This document shows positions 18,604 to 27,420 of a stretch of 64,000 bases of DNA, piece by piece; position 1 is the first letter of the stretch, and each line of letters begins with the position of its first letter. Made by a program: the position numbers and the translations under genes. Source of the DNA: a virus (Duplodnaviria; Caudoviricetes); IMG/VR virus record IMGVR_UViG_3300033463_000008; one strand, given 5' to 3'. The notes below the pieces were generated by a model, which ran no database searches, was not told the DNA's origin, and saw nothing but the letters and a program-made list of their open reading frames with translations.

Positions 18604-19323
18604 TTACACCTTGCTGTGGTAGCCACCCGGGAACCAGATGTTCCAGCGGTCGTACTTCAGCGTAAACTTGAACTGGGCAAGTTTTGCCTGGTCGTAAGAG
18701 AAGTCAGTCGGTACCGACACCTTCATTGGCCATGCATTGATGTAGCGGATAGCCATGATGACTTCGCCGTACATCCAGTCATAGAGTTCAAGTGTAACGT
18801 TTTGGTTACGAAGCAGGATTGCCGTCGGGTTGCTGTAGTTCTCCTGCTGGCCGAGACCAAGCTCGATAGCATTCTTACCCTCAGCAATACGGTTGCTGCC
18901 CGCATTCGTGTCACCCTTGCCGTCGGAGTTCAAGATGCCTGTGTTAAGGCAGCACTGGTTCCAAGCAAGAATAGTTTCATACGCCCTACCATCTTCAAGG
19001 AGAAGACCGGTCAATTCGGCTTCACCAGCAAGTCTGTCTTGCTGAACAGGGTAGAATTTCTCAAAACCCATGTACTTGATTGATTCAGCGCGAGTCGACA
19101 CTTCCGGAATCCTCGGGCCACCCACGATGTGGATGGTGAAGTTCTTCTGGCTTTCGAAATCCTTGCCAAAGCTGTCGCCATTGGTAGGTTCGATGCCAGT
19201 AGCCTGGAAGATATCCTGGTCAACGATGAAACGCCAACGAGTGGAACGCACCGGATCGGGGAGCTGGTCTATGTTGCCGGCCCAAAAGACCTTATCAATA
19301 TCAGGAGCAGTTTTTCCTATCAT
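18604..19323 (-). CDS. gp19: Tail tube protein
   Basis: DP.R..RW.F, LELYD..G, Y.NAWP..V...FSYD....F..TL.YD.W; immediately follows the sheath gene. Confidence 0.9.
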   Translation of the reverse strand: MIGKTAPDIDKVFWAGNIDQLPDPVRSTRWRFIVDQDIFQATGIEPTNGDSFGKDFESQKNFTIHIVGGPRIPEVSTRAESIKYMGFEKFYPVQQDRLAGEAELTGLLLEDGRAYETILAWNQCCLNTGILNSDGKGDTNAGSNRIAEGKNAIELGLGQQENYSNPTAILLRNQNVTLELYDWMYGEVIMAIRYINAWPMKVSVPTDFSYDQAKLAQFKFTLKYDRWNIWFPGGYHSKV

Positions 19324-19335
19324 AGTTTACCTCCC

Positions 19336-22300
19336 TTACACGTTGCTGATAGTGATGCTGTTTCCAGAACTCGTCGCGAGGACTTCAGTTCTGAGGTAGA
19401 TGTAGCGGGTACTCTTTGTCGGCTTGAGCTTCAAGTCAACATAGAGCTTGTTCTGGTCGATGACTTCCGGGGTGTTGTTGGTGTCGTCGCAGATTGCAAC
19501 GGCATCATAGAACGCCGACGGGTTGCTGTCACGCATCATGTTCAACTTGGCCTGCAAGTCGCTGGAAATCTGGGAGCGGAGTGCAGCCGTGTTAAGGCGG
19601 AACACCTTGCCATCCAGGTACTTGTAGAAGATCTTGTGGATGCCCGCGATAAGCATTGCCACATGAATCTGGTTGAATGCGGAGTCTTCCATCTGCATGG
19701 TGAAGTCACCCCAGCAGAAGATGCCGTCATCGTTGGTGCGGAACGGGTTGACATGAGCGTCACTGAGACGTGCAATGTCGGAATCCGAGTCCTCAGGAAT
19801 GTTGAACTTGCGTTCATACTTGACCCTGGTGCACCATGCGCTAGGCACGACACCGGTATCCTTACCGGCGGGGACATACCAGAAGATTGAACCGGAACGG
19901 TTAGCCGTAATGAGAGAAGCCATCGCGATGGACGGTGCGATTTCCACGTTACGACGAGTAATCATCGAATCGTAGAAGATCGGACGTGCGTCATAGATAG
20001 CACCCCAACGACCGAGCGTCGGTGCGAACCGTACGACATCCTTTTTCAAGGCATTGTTGACGTTCTGTTCAGCCACGCCATCAAACAAGGCGAAGCAGTC
20101 CTTACGGAGTTCGCAGATATTCAAGATAGCCTGGATAACCGTCGTATTCAACGTTTCACGACCTGCCCAACCGAAGTTGTTGATGTCGTTACCGGCAGCG
20201 ACGAAGAACGTCTGGTCAGCCTTGTCCTTGTCAAGGAACAAGGAGTAAGCCGTTGCAAGCGTTGTCGTGCTGTTGTTGTTCTTCGGGTCATAGCTCCAGA
20301 TTGCGTTCCACACAATGGCCGGGTCCTTGGTGTTGAAGGATACCGCAGTCACGCTGGAAGTCGGGATGCCATCCACGATAGTTTCCGAGAGGTCCCAGGA
20401 TTCGTCTTCAAGGAAGGCTTCCAGGATACCGGATTCGTTGAGGATGAACTTGAGGCCAGAACCTTCGAATTCAGAGTCAGCGGCATCGCCGATGAACAAC
20501 TGGGTTTCGTTGTGGACATATTCAACCACCGTACCGTCGAAGTCATATACATGGCCGTTGAATCGGTATGTGCAGGCCATATAGAGTCGAGCGACAGCTT
20601 CGCCTTCGTCGGTCAAGTCATAGACCTTTTCCGTCACGCCAGTGAAGTTAATGTCTTCATAGCGAACCGTAGCAAGCCCGAGACCCACAAAGTTGGCACC
20701 GATATCGGAATCACGGAGAACCTTTTCAGTCTGCTGGATGCAAGCACTGTCTTTCTTGGAACTCTGGAAGTGGAACACTCCACCAAGAACATCTCCAGTT
20801 TCCTTGTTGGCAACATCCACCGGGAGAGTTGTCTTCTGAATCTGGCCATTGACCGTAACATCGTAGTTACCAATAATGTAGAAGTCAAGAACCATACCGG
20901 TCGTTTCTTCTCCGGTAAAGATTTCGATGTCGCCCGTAGCACCTTCCGGAGCCACGATGGAAAGCGTGTAATGGTAATCAGTTTCAGTGCCAACTACGTC
21001 ACCGCGTTCTTCGATGGTCGTAACGTACCACACTTCTTCACCATCAACACTTGCCTTTACCTTGACAGTTGAACCTTCAACATATGCCTTCGTGGAAACG
21101 AATTCCATCTTGCCTTCCGTGCCAAACTGCGTAGCAACAGTTTCGTCGAAATGCTTAACGGTATCCGTAGTCATTGCGGTATACACGGTCTTATTCGTGG
21201 TGGAAAGATTAAGCAACTGCAACTGGCGGTAATCATCCTTGAATTCCGGATCGGAACCTTGAATGGTCTTGGTAACGGTTTCGGTAAACACGCTATCAAC
21301 CGCATCCTTAATGGTAACCTCGTTCGTAAATCCGTTGATTGCAGTGACCGTGCTGAGCTTCAGGATATTATCGCCACTAAACGTGAGCGGGTCACCATTG
21401 GATTCACGCTCGGTATCAAACGAACCACGGACAATGGCAACGGTATCGCCTACATTGTAGTCGAATGCGGCACCCGGTGCCAACTTGAGAACCTTTGTCT
21501 TACCAGCAACAAAATCCTTTGCCTTCATCCAGGCCGGATCAGTGTTGGTGTTATCGTTCGTCATGTTAATATCGTTAGTTACCACGTTGCTTGCATATCC
21601 AAGACGAGAGCCACGGAATGCAGCAAGCAAGGCGTCGAGGAAACGAGCCAGATAAGACATGGACGTGTACTCTTCATCATCACCCTTGGTCGGGACGACG
21701 AGAGTTACGAAATCATTTTCGCTATACCATCCAGACGGAAGGTTATGAACGACGATTTCCGAGAACTTGGTAGCATCGGCAAGATCTTCTTCATACCAAG
21801 CCGATTCCTCCAAGTAGAGTTCCGCCTTGGTCGGAGTTCCAGCATCGTTAAATTCCGTCACTGCATAAATGAACGTACCATTGTGGATTGCTCCGTCATA
21901 CTTCCATTCAAGCGTAACAACATCGGCATTGCACACACCTGGAATAGCGTCAATCTCAACCGACTTGCCAATTTCAGCTCCCACGAATGTATCATTCGGA
22001 AGAGTTGAGAAATGGCTATTCGAGACTCGAACATCCACCGACACATTCTTCTGGTCTCGCACCGTAAAGAATTCGCCGTTGAAGACCTCGGTAGCAATCT
22101 TTTCAACGCCAACACTGTCAATCCGGAGAGAAGAGAACAGCTTTGCGCCACGTCCCGTGACAGCCGTCTTCACAGTCAAATAGTCAGCATCGTCATCCGC
22201 AATTGCGTCTTCCGGGGAGAAGATCAATACGGAAGTCGGCTTGTAACCCATCATGCAGGCATTGTGGGTAGCCTCGTCAGCTGCCGTAACTTCGACATCC

Positions 22301-23082
22301 TTTCCATCAATTCCAGACACAATGAACTTGCCAAGCGTCTTGGTATTGGTGTCAGCCGGACCATACACGGTATCGCCAACGATAAAGCCAGGGTTGACAG
22401 CCAGGGTAACACGGAATGTATCCGGATTGCGGTCCTGCAAGTCATCCGGCTGTGCAACAATCTCATACGAGGTCACTGCGCGACGAGCGGAGCTCGGGTC
22501 AGCACCCATGATTGCAAAGAGGACTGCGTCGCCATCGCCACGAGCCTTTTCACTATCCTTGAAGCTTTCATCGGCGAAAACCCTAAAGTCCACGTTGGAC
22601 CCGGAATCGACCGTTTCAGCGATGTTGTTGATTTTACGAGTTACACCGTAGCCGGAAGCGCCGTCAGACTTGTAACGGGTAGCCGCAAAGTATTCGATGT
22701 TAATCGAATTCTGCTTGCCCTTTTCCTGCTGAGCGGCCTTGCGGTCGAAGGACACGACAAAGCAGTCGGTCTTCAAGTCACGCTTGCGGGCGTCACTCAT
22801 GTCGATTTCTTCGCCATACGGGCGGACATACTGGGCAAAGCCACCGGCATCAAGCACGGCGCGTGCAGCATATAGGCCCTGGTTGTACTTCCAGTTATTG
22901 AAACCGATACCGAACGTATTGTCCATCACCGCAGTATTGTTCAGCTTGGTGACCTTGTTCAGCTCACCCTTGGGGGCAAAGCCAACAATGGCGGCAATCG
23001 CATTCGGATTCTCGATCACGGTATACTGAGAACTGTCTTTGAGCTCGGTGCGAACCCCAGCTGCTCCCATTTTTGTAGCCAT
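19336..23082 (-). CDS. gp18: Tail sheath protein, unusually large (1248 aa)
   Basis: N-terminal GVRTELKD.S..AIVGFAPKG. C-terminal RKDCFA, PS..MA, W.VPAG..G, NPF, WG..T, SAF..I.V, CD.TNNTP..ID.N.L.VD...KP.K..YI. Confidence 0.95.
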   Translation of the reverse strand: MATKMGAAGVRTELKDSSQYTVIENPNAIAAIVGFAPKGELNKVTKLNNTAVMDNTFGIGFNNWKYNQGLYAARAVLDAGGFAQYVRPYGEEIDMSDARKRDLKTDCFVVSFDRKAAQQEKGKQNSINIEYFAATRYKSDGASGYGVTRKINNIAETVDSGSNVDFRVFADESFKDSEKARGDGDAVLFAIMGADPSSARRAVTSYEIVAQPDDLQDRNPDTFRVTLAVNPGFIVGDTVYGPADTNTKTLGKFIVSGIDGKDVEVTAADEATHNACMMGYKPTSVLIFSPEDAIADDDADYLTVKTAVTGRGAKLFSSLRIDSVGVEKIATEVFNGEFFTVRDQKNVSVDVRVSNSHFSTLPNDTFVGAEIGKSVEIDAIPGVCNADVVTLEWKYDGAIHNGTFIYAVTEFNDAGTPTKAELYLEESAWYEEDLADATKFSEIVVHNLPSGWYSENDFVTLVVPTKGDDEEYTSMSYLARFLDALLAAFRGSRLGYASNVVTNDINMTNDNTNTDPAWMKAKDFVAGKTKVLKLAPGAAFDYNVGDTVAIVRGSFDTERESNGDPLTFSGDNILKLSTVTAINGFTNEVTIKDAVDSVFTETVTKTIQGSDPEFKDDYRQLQLLNLSTTNKTVYTAMTTDTVKHFDETVATQFGTEGKMEFVSTKAYVEGSTVKVKASVDGEEVWYVTTIEERGDVVGTETDYHYTLSIVAPEGATGDIEIFTGEETTGMVLDFYIIGNYDVTVNGQIQKTTLPVDVANKETGDVLGGVFHFQSSKKDSACIQQTEKVLRDSDIGANFVGLGLATVRYEDINFTGVTEKVYDLTDEGEAVARLYMACTYRFNGHVYDFDGTVVEYVHNETQLFIGDAADSEFEGSGLKFILNESGILEAFLEDESWDLSETIVDGIPTSSVTAVSFNTKDPAIVWNAIWSYDPKNNNSTTTLATAYSLFLDKDKADQTFFVAAGNDINNFGWAGRETLNTTVIQAILNICELRKDCFALFDGVAEQNVNNALKKDVVRFAPTLGRWGAIYDARPIFYDSMITRRNVEIAPSIAMASLITANRSGSIFWYVPAGKDTGVVPSAWCTRVKYERKFNIPEDSDSDIARLSDAHVNPFRTNDDGIFCWGDFTMQMEDSAFNQIHVAMLIAGIHKIFYKYLDGKVFRLNTAALRSQISSDLQAKLNMMRDSNPSAFYDAVAICDDTNNTPEVIDQNKLYVDLKLKPTKSTRYIYLRTEVLATSSGNSITISNV

Positions 23083-23203
23083 GGAAAACCTCACGGTTGT
23101 TATTTTTCTGCGTGAAGTTTATGCCGTGGTCAAATTTTTTTCTCATAAAAACGGCCAAAATGCATCAAACCTTATAAACTTTCCGTCAAGAAAGAGGTTT
23201 TGC

Positions 23204-24055
23204 ATGGACAAGCGTGGTATAAATATCGAACTCAACCGGCTAAAGGCCAAGAATCCGGGGCAGGAAACCCTCATCGAGGGTGTCCAGCACCTGTTCAATG
23301 AGAAAGTCGAGACTGCCACGCCGGAAGAAAAGCGCTCGCTACTGATGTTCCCGATGCAGTATGCCGCTTACCGTATCAAGACAAGCCCGAGCGAATGGAC
23401 GACCCAGCTCCATAAATGGGCCGACAACTTGCTGGACACAATCCTCCAGCTAGACCCGCTGTACCTCACTACACGAGATTCGTCCGGGGACACCGTGCTG
23501 CACCGCCTAGTGAAGGCAGCGACAGGCGAATTCACCGACGAGGTGAACTACGAATTTATAAGGAAGCTGCTTGACAAGGACATGGGATTTATCGCACTGC
23601 AGTCCCCATTTGAAAACGGAGGCGCCCAGGCGGGTTCCGCGTGGATGATGCAGGACGTGGACGGCAAGACCCCTATGGACCTTCTCGCCGACTATGCAAT
23701 AGGAAAGCCGGAAGCGGGCATCCCGGCAGATGACCAGCTGTTAATGATGCTGGATGAATTCGCAAATTCCCCTGTTGCCGAAATCGACGTGACCGAAGTA
23801 ACTACACCCGCACCCGTGCCTCCCCAGCAGAACGGCGAACAGCAGGCACAGCCAGAACAGGCTCCACAGGAAGGACAGCCGGCACAGCAGAACGGACCGA
23901 AGCCACTGGTCGAACCGCAGATGTCTGCCGAGAAGTCGGAAAATGAAAAAACGCCGGAAGACGCAAAGCATCATCCGGCACCTGAGGCACGGCCCCAAAA
24001 TACCGTGCCAGGAAAGGTGACTAAGTCAATCCTTGAGGCCCTCCTCCGCCTTTAA
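23204..24055 (+). CDS. Ankyrin-repeat-like protein with a Pro/Gln-rich tail, putative late/virion protein
   Basis: TRDSSGDTVLHRLV and QDVDGKTPMDLL are ankyrin-type motifs. GAGG RBS and TATAAACT upstream. Confidence 0.6.
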   Translation: MDKRGINIELNRLKAKNPGQETLIEGVQHLFNEKVETATPEEKRSLLMFPMQYAAYRIKTSPSEWTTQLHKWADNLLDTILQLDPLYLTTRDSSGDTVLHRLVKAATGEFTDEVNYEFIRKLLDKDMGFIALQSPFENGGAQAGSAWMMQDVDGKTPMDLLADYAIGKPEAGIPADDQLLMMLDEFANSPVAEIDVTEVTTPAPVPPQQNGEQQAQPEQAPQEGQPAQQNGPKPLVEPQMSAEKSENEKTPEDAKHHPAPEARPQNTVPGKVTKSILEALLRL

Positions 24056-24235
24056 GCCATCAAAGTCCTTCTTCACCTTTGCAAACATTCTATTGAGGCC
24101 AGCATCGTCGTAGAACATGTTGGCCGCAATTTCATTGGCGGCATCCCCGGTCTTGAAACCGGCATCGACAATCCTTTTGGCGGTAGCCTCGTCTACGCCG
24201 AAAAGGTCCATTATCTCATTCAGGTTCGCACTCAT
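24026..24235 (-). CDS. Small helix-hairpin-helix protein
   Basis: LFGVDEATAKRIVDAGF resembles the HhH motif of the RadA N-terminus and NusA AR repeats. Confidence 0.5.
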   Translation of the reverse strand: MSANLNEIMDLFGVDEATAKRIVDAGFKTGDAANEIAANMFYDDAGLNRMFAKVKKDFDGLKAEEGLKD

Positions 24236-24702
24236 TTCAAATTTGCCGCCTTCTTGATATTGCGATTGATTTGCCGTTCTTCACCCTGCATTCGGGCAAT
24301 CATCTTCTCGGGCTCGTACTTCCGCATGTAGGCCTCCTCGATTTCATCCTTGTCCACATAGCCATAGCGGATTGCAGCCTTGACACAGTTCCTTGACATG
24401 CCGGTAATCTTCATCATATGATCAATGAATTCGTCCTTTTCGCGGACAACGGTAGTCTTGGCGCGAGTCCACCTGAGATTCAGGTTCGCCCCGTTGAACG
24501 CATTGAACGCACGCGCCTGCAAGTCCTTCGGGAGCTTCTGGAACTGCAGGTCGTTCAATACCTCCACACACCTCCGCAGGTTCGGATTCATCGACAGGTA
24601 CCGGCAGGCAGTAAACATCTGGAACTCGTTACAGTCGGCTTCAGAAACCGGCTGCCCCGCCTGTCGCTCATCCACAAACCGGAATGGATCGAAATTGCTC
24701 AT
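24232..24702 (-). CDS. gp62: Clamp loader small subunit
   Basis: DPFRF...F...RYLS...LN...LP...Q..F.....RW..AK; directly downstream of gp44. Confidence 0.8.
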   Translation of the reverse strand: MSNFDPFRFVDERQAGQPVSEADCNEFQMFTACRYLSMNPNLRRCVEVLNDLQFQKLPKDLQARAFNAFNGANLNLRWTRAKTTVVREKDEFIDHMMKITGMSRNCVKAAIRYGYVDKDEIEEAYMRKYEPEKMIARMQGEERQINRNIKKAANLK

Positions 24703-25814
24703 TACACCCCCTGAGCCGACTGTACCTGTTCACCGACCGCATTCGTATTGTTCGGTGCATAAATCGGCTCGCTCGGCAACGGTGCAGCCGGAATCTGGAA
24801 TGCGTTGAATATGTCAATCAAGTCGGCAAAATAGCCCATGAGCATGGTTTCCTGGTCAACCAGTCCCTGTGCATGGACAAGGCCGTCACGGACGACCTTT
24901 GTCATTGCCAGGTCCATCTGGGGAGGAAGACGGTCCATGAGGTATCGTGTCAATGGGATATACACGTTCATCGGGTCATCCACGTTCATCGAAATATAAT
25001 ACCGCAATCCGCGCAAGTCGCGTAAAATCAAAAACTTCGCGATAGCCTCGACCGTCTGGTCAGTAATCACATGCGGATGCCCGATAATGTTACCTTCATT
25101 TTCGTCGAAGGTATTCTTCATGACATTTATCATGTTGCGGATATCCGGGTAGCATGCTTCGATGATTTCCTTGATGGTATCCTTCTCCACCTTGCCACCA
25201 TGCGGCTTTGTTTCCTCGTCCGCAATGTATTTCAGCCTCCGATAAATAAGATTCTTAAAATCCTTGTCATCAACCGGGTGGTTGAACTTCACCGGGGTGC
25301 ATCTTGACTGGACAGGTTTCGGGATGCGCCACAGGTCATTGCAGGTAAGGATAAACCTGAGGTTCGAGGAATTCGCTTCAATCTCATGCTGGATATTGCG
25401 CCAGAAGTCTTCCGGGTTATTCGGATGGTCGCATTCATCAAGCACGAAGAAGAACGGCTTGCCGTTGCTTTTCAAGACGGAATACCGGTCAATCAGTTCA
25501 AGGATTTCACTTGATTTCTTTGGCGACACCTCGACACACTTGGCGCCGAGAATGCCCGGAATCGCCAATGCAAGGGAAGTCTTTCCCGTGCCAGGGCCAG
25601 AATAGAAGATGTAGTTGCCAAGGCCGGTATTGGAAATCGCGGTCTTGATCATAGTCTTCAACTTATTGGGCAAAACAATCAGCTTGCTGATGTCAGTCCC
25701 GTCAATCTGGGTACCCTGGTACTTCTTGGTCCAGTATCTGTCATCAATCGTACTGGCGGCAGTTGCAGTTTCCCTGTCAAGCCCGACGCCCGAAATCATG
25801 TCTAATGCGGCCAT
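24702..25814 (-). CDS. gp44: Clamp loader large subunit (RFC-like AAA+)
   Basis: WTKKY, Walker A GPGTGKT, Walker B LDECD, RFILTCN, SRC and YPDIR. Start reassigned to MAALDM with a GAGG RBS. Confidence 0.93.
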   Translation of the reverse strand: MAALDMISGVGLDRETATAASTIDDRYWTKKYQGTQIDGTDISKLIVLPNKLKTMIKTAISNTGLGNYIFYSGPGTGKTSLALAIPGILGAKCVEVSPKKSSEILELIDRYSVLKSNGKPFFFVLDECDHPNNPEDFWRNIQHEIEANSSNLRFILTCNDLWRIPKPVQSRCTPVKFNHPVDDKDFKNLIYRRLKYIADEETKPHGGKVEKDTIKEIIEACYPDIRNMINVMKNTFDENEGNIIGHPHVITDQTVEAIAKFLILRDLRGLRYYISMNVDDPMNVYIPLTRYLMDRLPPQMDLAMTKVVRDGLVHAQGLVDQETMLMGYFADLIDIFNAFQIPAAPLPSEPIYAPNNTNAVGEQVQSAQGV

Positions 25815-25857
25815 ATTGAAACCTCTTTGAAACAAATATAGCAATAAACTGTCCGGT

Positions 25858-26196
25858 ATGGACAGGTATCTAGCTTTTATCGACCGTTTTCGCGACCAGG
25901 ACCCCGTAGTATGCGAGGCCGTAGCCAAATTATGGACAGCAATAATGGAAGCATCGGCAACCGATGTAAATCCAACCATGCATGCCCCGATGCCAGGTCA
26001 GTGCACCCAGGGCATCATCCCCAACCAGACTACAGGATCCAAGGACCCGTTCATCCAGGGCTTAATCAACCGTTCATACGCCAGCCGCTTTGGGCGGGGC
26101 GCCGGATTCAGCATGCCGGGCCGCACCACCCTCGGCATCATGGGTGGTGGCAATGACAAGCCGGGTGCCGTATCCGCCACCGAATCCAATAGCTAG
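25858..26196 (+). CDS. Small putative virion protein
   Basis: 112 aa. AATAAACT ends 7 nt upstream; carries the shared F...D....EA.....MEA motif. Confidence 0.6.
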   Translation: MDRYLAFIDRFRDQDPVVCEAVAKLWTAIMEASATDVNPTMHAPMPGQCTQGIIPNQTTGSKDPFIQGLINRSYASRFGRGAGFSMPGRTTLGIMGGGNDKPGAVSATESNS

Positions 26197-27329
26197 GATG
26201 CCGCGAAGATTCTGAATGAATCCTTGCCGAAATACTTCCGTACAACACCCATCACATACTTGTACGTGATGTCCGATGTCGCAGGCTCGTCATCAATCAT
26301 GCCATAGCGGGTATAGGTTCCGGGTGACGTAAAGCGCATGATGTCTTGCTGTTTCAAGATCATGCAGAGCATGTTCTTGGTGCGGTTGAACTGCTCCTCG
26401 GTGATGTACTTTTCCGGGGCACTCAACACCTTCTTCATGACACTGATTACCTTCGGCACCTTCTTGGCCGTAGCGCTCGTGAAGAAAATCGGAATTGCGA
26501 CAGTACGGAACGACTCGACACTGACCCCACATGAATACACAAGATGGTTCTTGACGCGCAATTCGTCATACAATGCGCTATCGGAATCACCGCCAAGGAT
26601 GCGGCAGGCAATATTGAGTGCAGCATATTCCTTGTTAGTCGTTACCGGCTTTGTACCGAAGGCGGAAATCCCGACATACTCAGCATCTTCGTCAATGGCG
26701 ATGTCAGAACGCTTTGCCTTGACTTTAGGTTCCAGCTTCAATTTCGGGTACTTTCCGATGTCATACTTTCCTACCTCATATTTTGCCAGGTCGGGGATGT
26801 CAAGAGTGCGCGGACCGACATACACAATGTCGCTCGGATGTGGCACGTACGTGTCATAATCCTTCTTGAACTGTTCAAAGGTATATGCTTCGACATCTTC
26901 AATGCAACCCTCGGGTGGATAGATACCGTAAACCTTTTTCAACCCGTCAGTGAGCATCACGTTGTTGAAATCGGAACCAAGTTCAGCAATCTCGTTGAAA
27001 ACGGCATCGCGCTCCATCTCAAAATCGTTCTTCGCAATTTTCCTGGACGAAGCCTCGATGACCTGCTTAAGAATCTTAGGTACAAACTTCTCCATCGCTT
27101 CGGCAGTGCCGGAGAATGAAGCGATGACATGTTCATGGCTGGTCATCATGTCGTCGCTGATTGCATATTCATGCAATTCCGGAAGAATCGGGTCAAACGT
27201 CACCCCAATCATATGTTCAATAAGGTGGCAGATGCCGCGACGGCCCTTCTTTTCATCCAACGGACTAAGGTTGTTGTAGACGATGTTGAGCGATGCCATT
27301 TCCAATTTGTTGATTTCTTGTTGTACCAT
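26193..27329 (-). CDS. M16 (inverzincin) zinc metallopeptidase
   Basis: GICHLIEH (HxxEH), ERDAVFNE, ILGG..DSALY.ELR..LVYS. Confidence 0.9.
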   Translation of the reverse strand: MVQQEINKLEMASLNIVYNNLSPLDEKKGRRGICHLIEHMIGVTFDPILPELHEYAISDDMMTSHEHVIASFSGTAEAMEKFVPKILKQVIEASSRKIAKNDFEMERDAVFNEIAELGSDFNNVMLTDGLKKVYGIYPPEGCIEDVEAYTFEQFKKDYDTYVPHPSDIVYVGPRTLDIPDLAKYEVGKYDIGKYPKLKLEPKVKAKRSDIAIDEDAEYVGISAFGTKPVTTNKEYAALNIACRILGGDSDSALYDELRVKNHLVYSCGVSVESFRTVAIPIFFTSATAKKVPKVISVMKKVLSAPEKYITEEQFNRTKNMLCMILKQQDIMRFTSPGTYTRYGMIDDEPATSDITYKYVMGVVRKYFGKDSFRIFAAS

Positions 27330-27359
27330 TTTTAATTATATCCTTTCTGCTATGCCCAA

Positions 27360-27388
27360 AATGTAGCAAAACGGCCACCCGGTGTCAA
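27360..27388 (-). promoter_or_regulatory. Sigma70-type promoter TTGACA-17-TACATT, overlapping the gp46 terminator hairpin
   Basis: Consensus -35, 17-bp spacer and TG-extended -10. The hairpin ACGGCCACC...GGTGGCCGT plus TTT spans about 27368-27400. Confidence 0.8.
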
Positions 27389-27420
27389 CCAGGTGGCCGT
27401 TCCACTCCAATCCAACCGAT

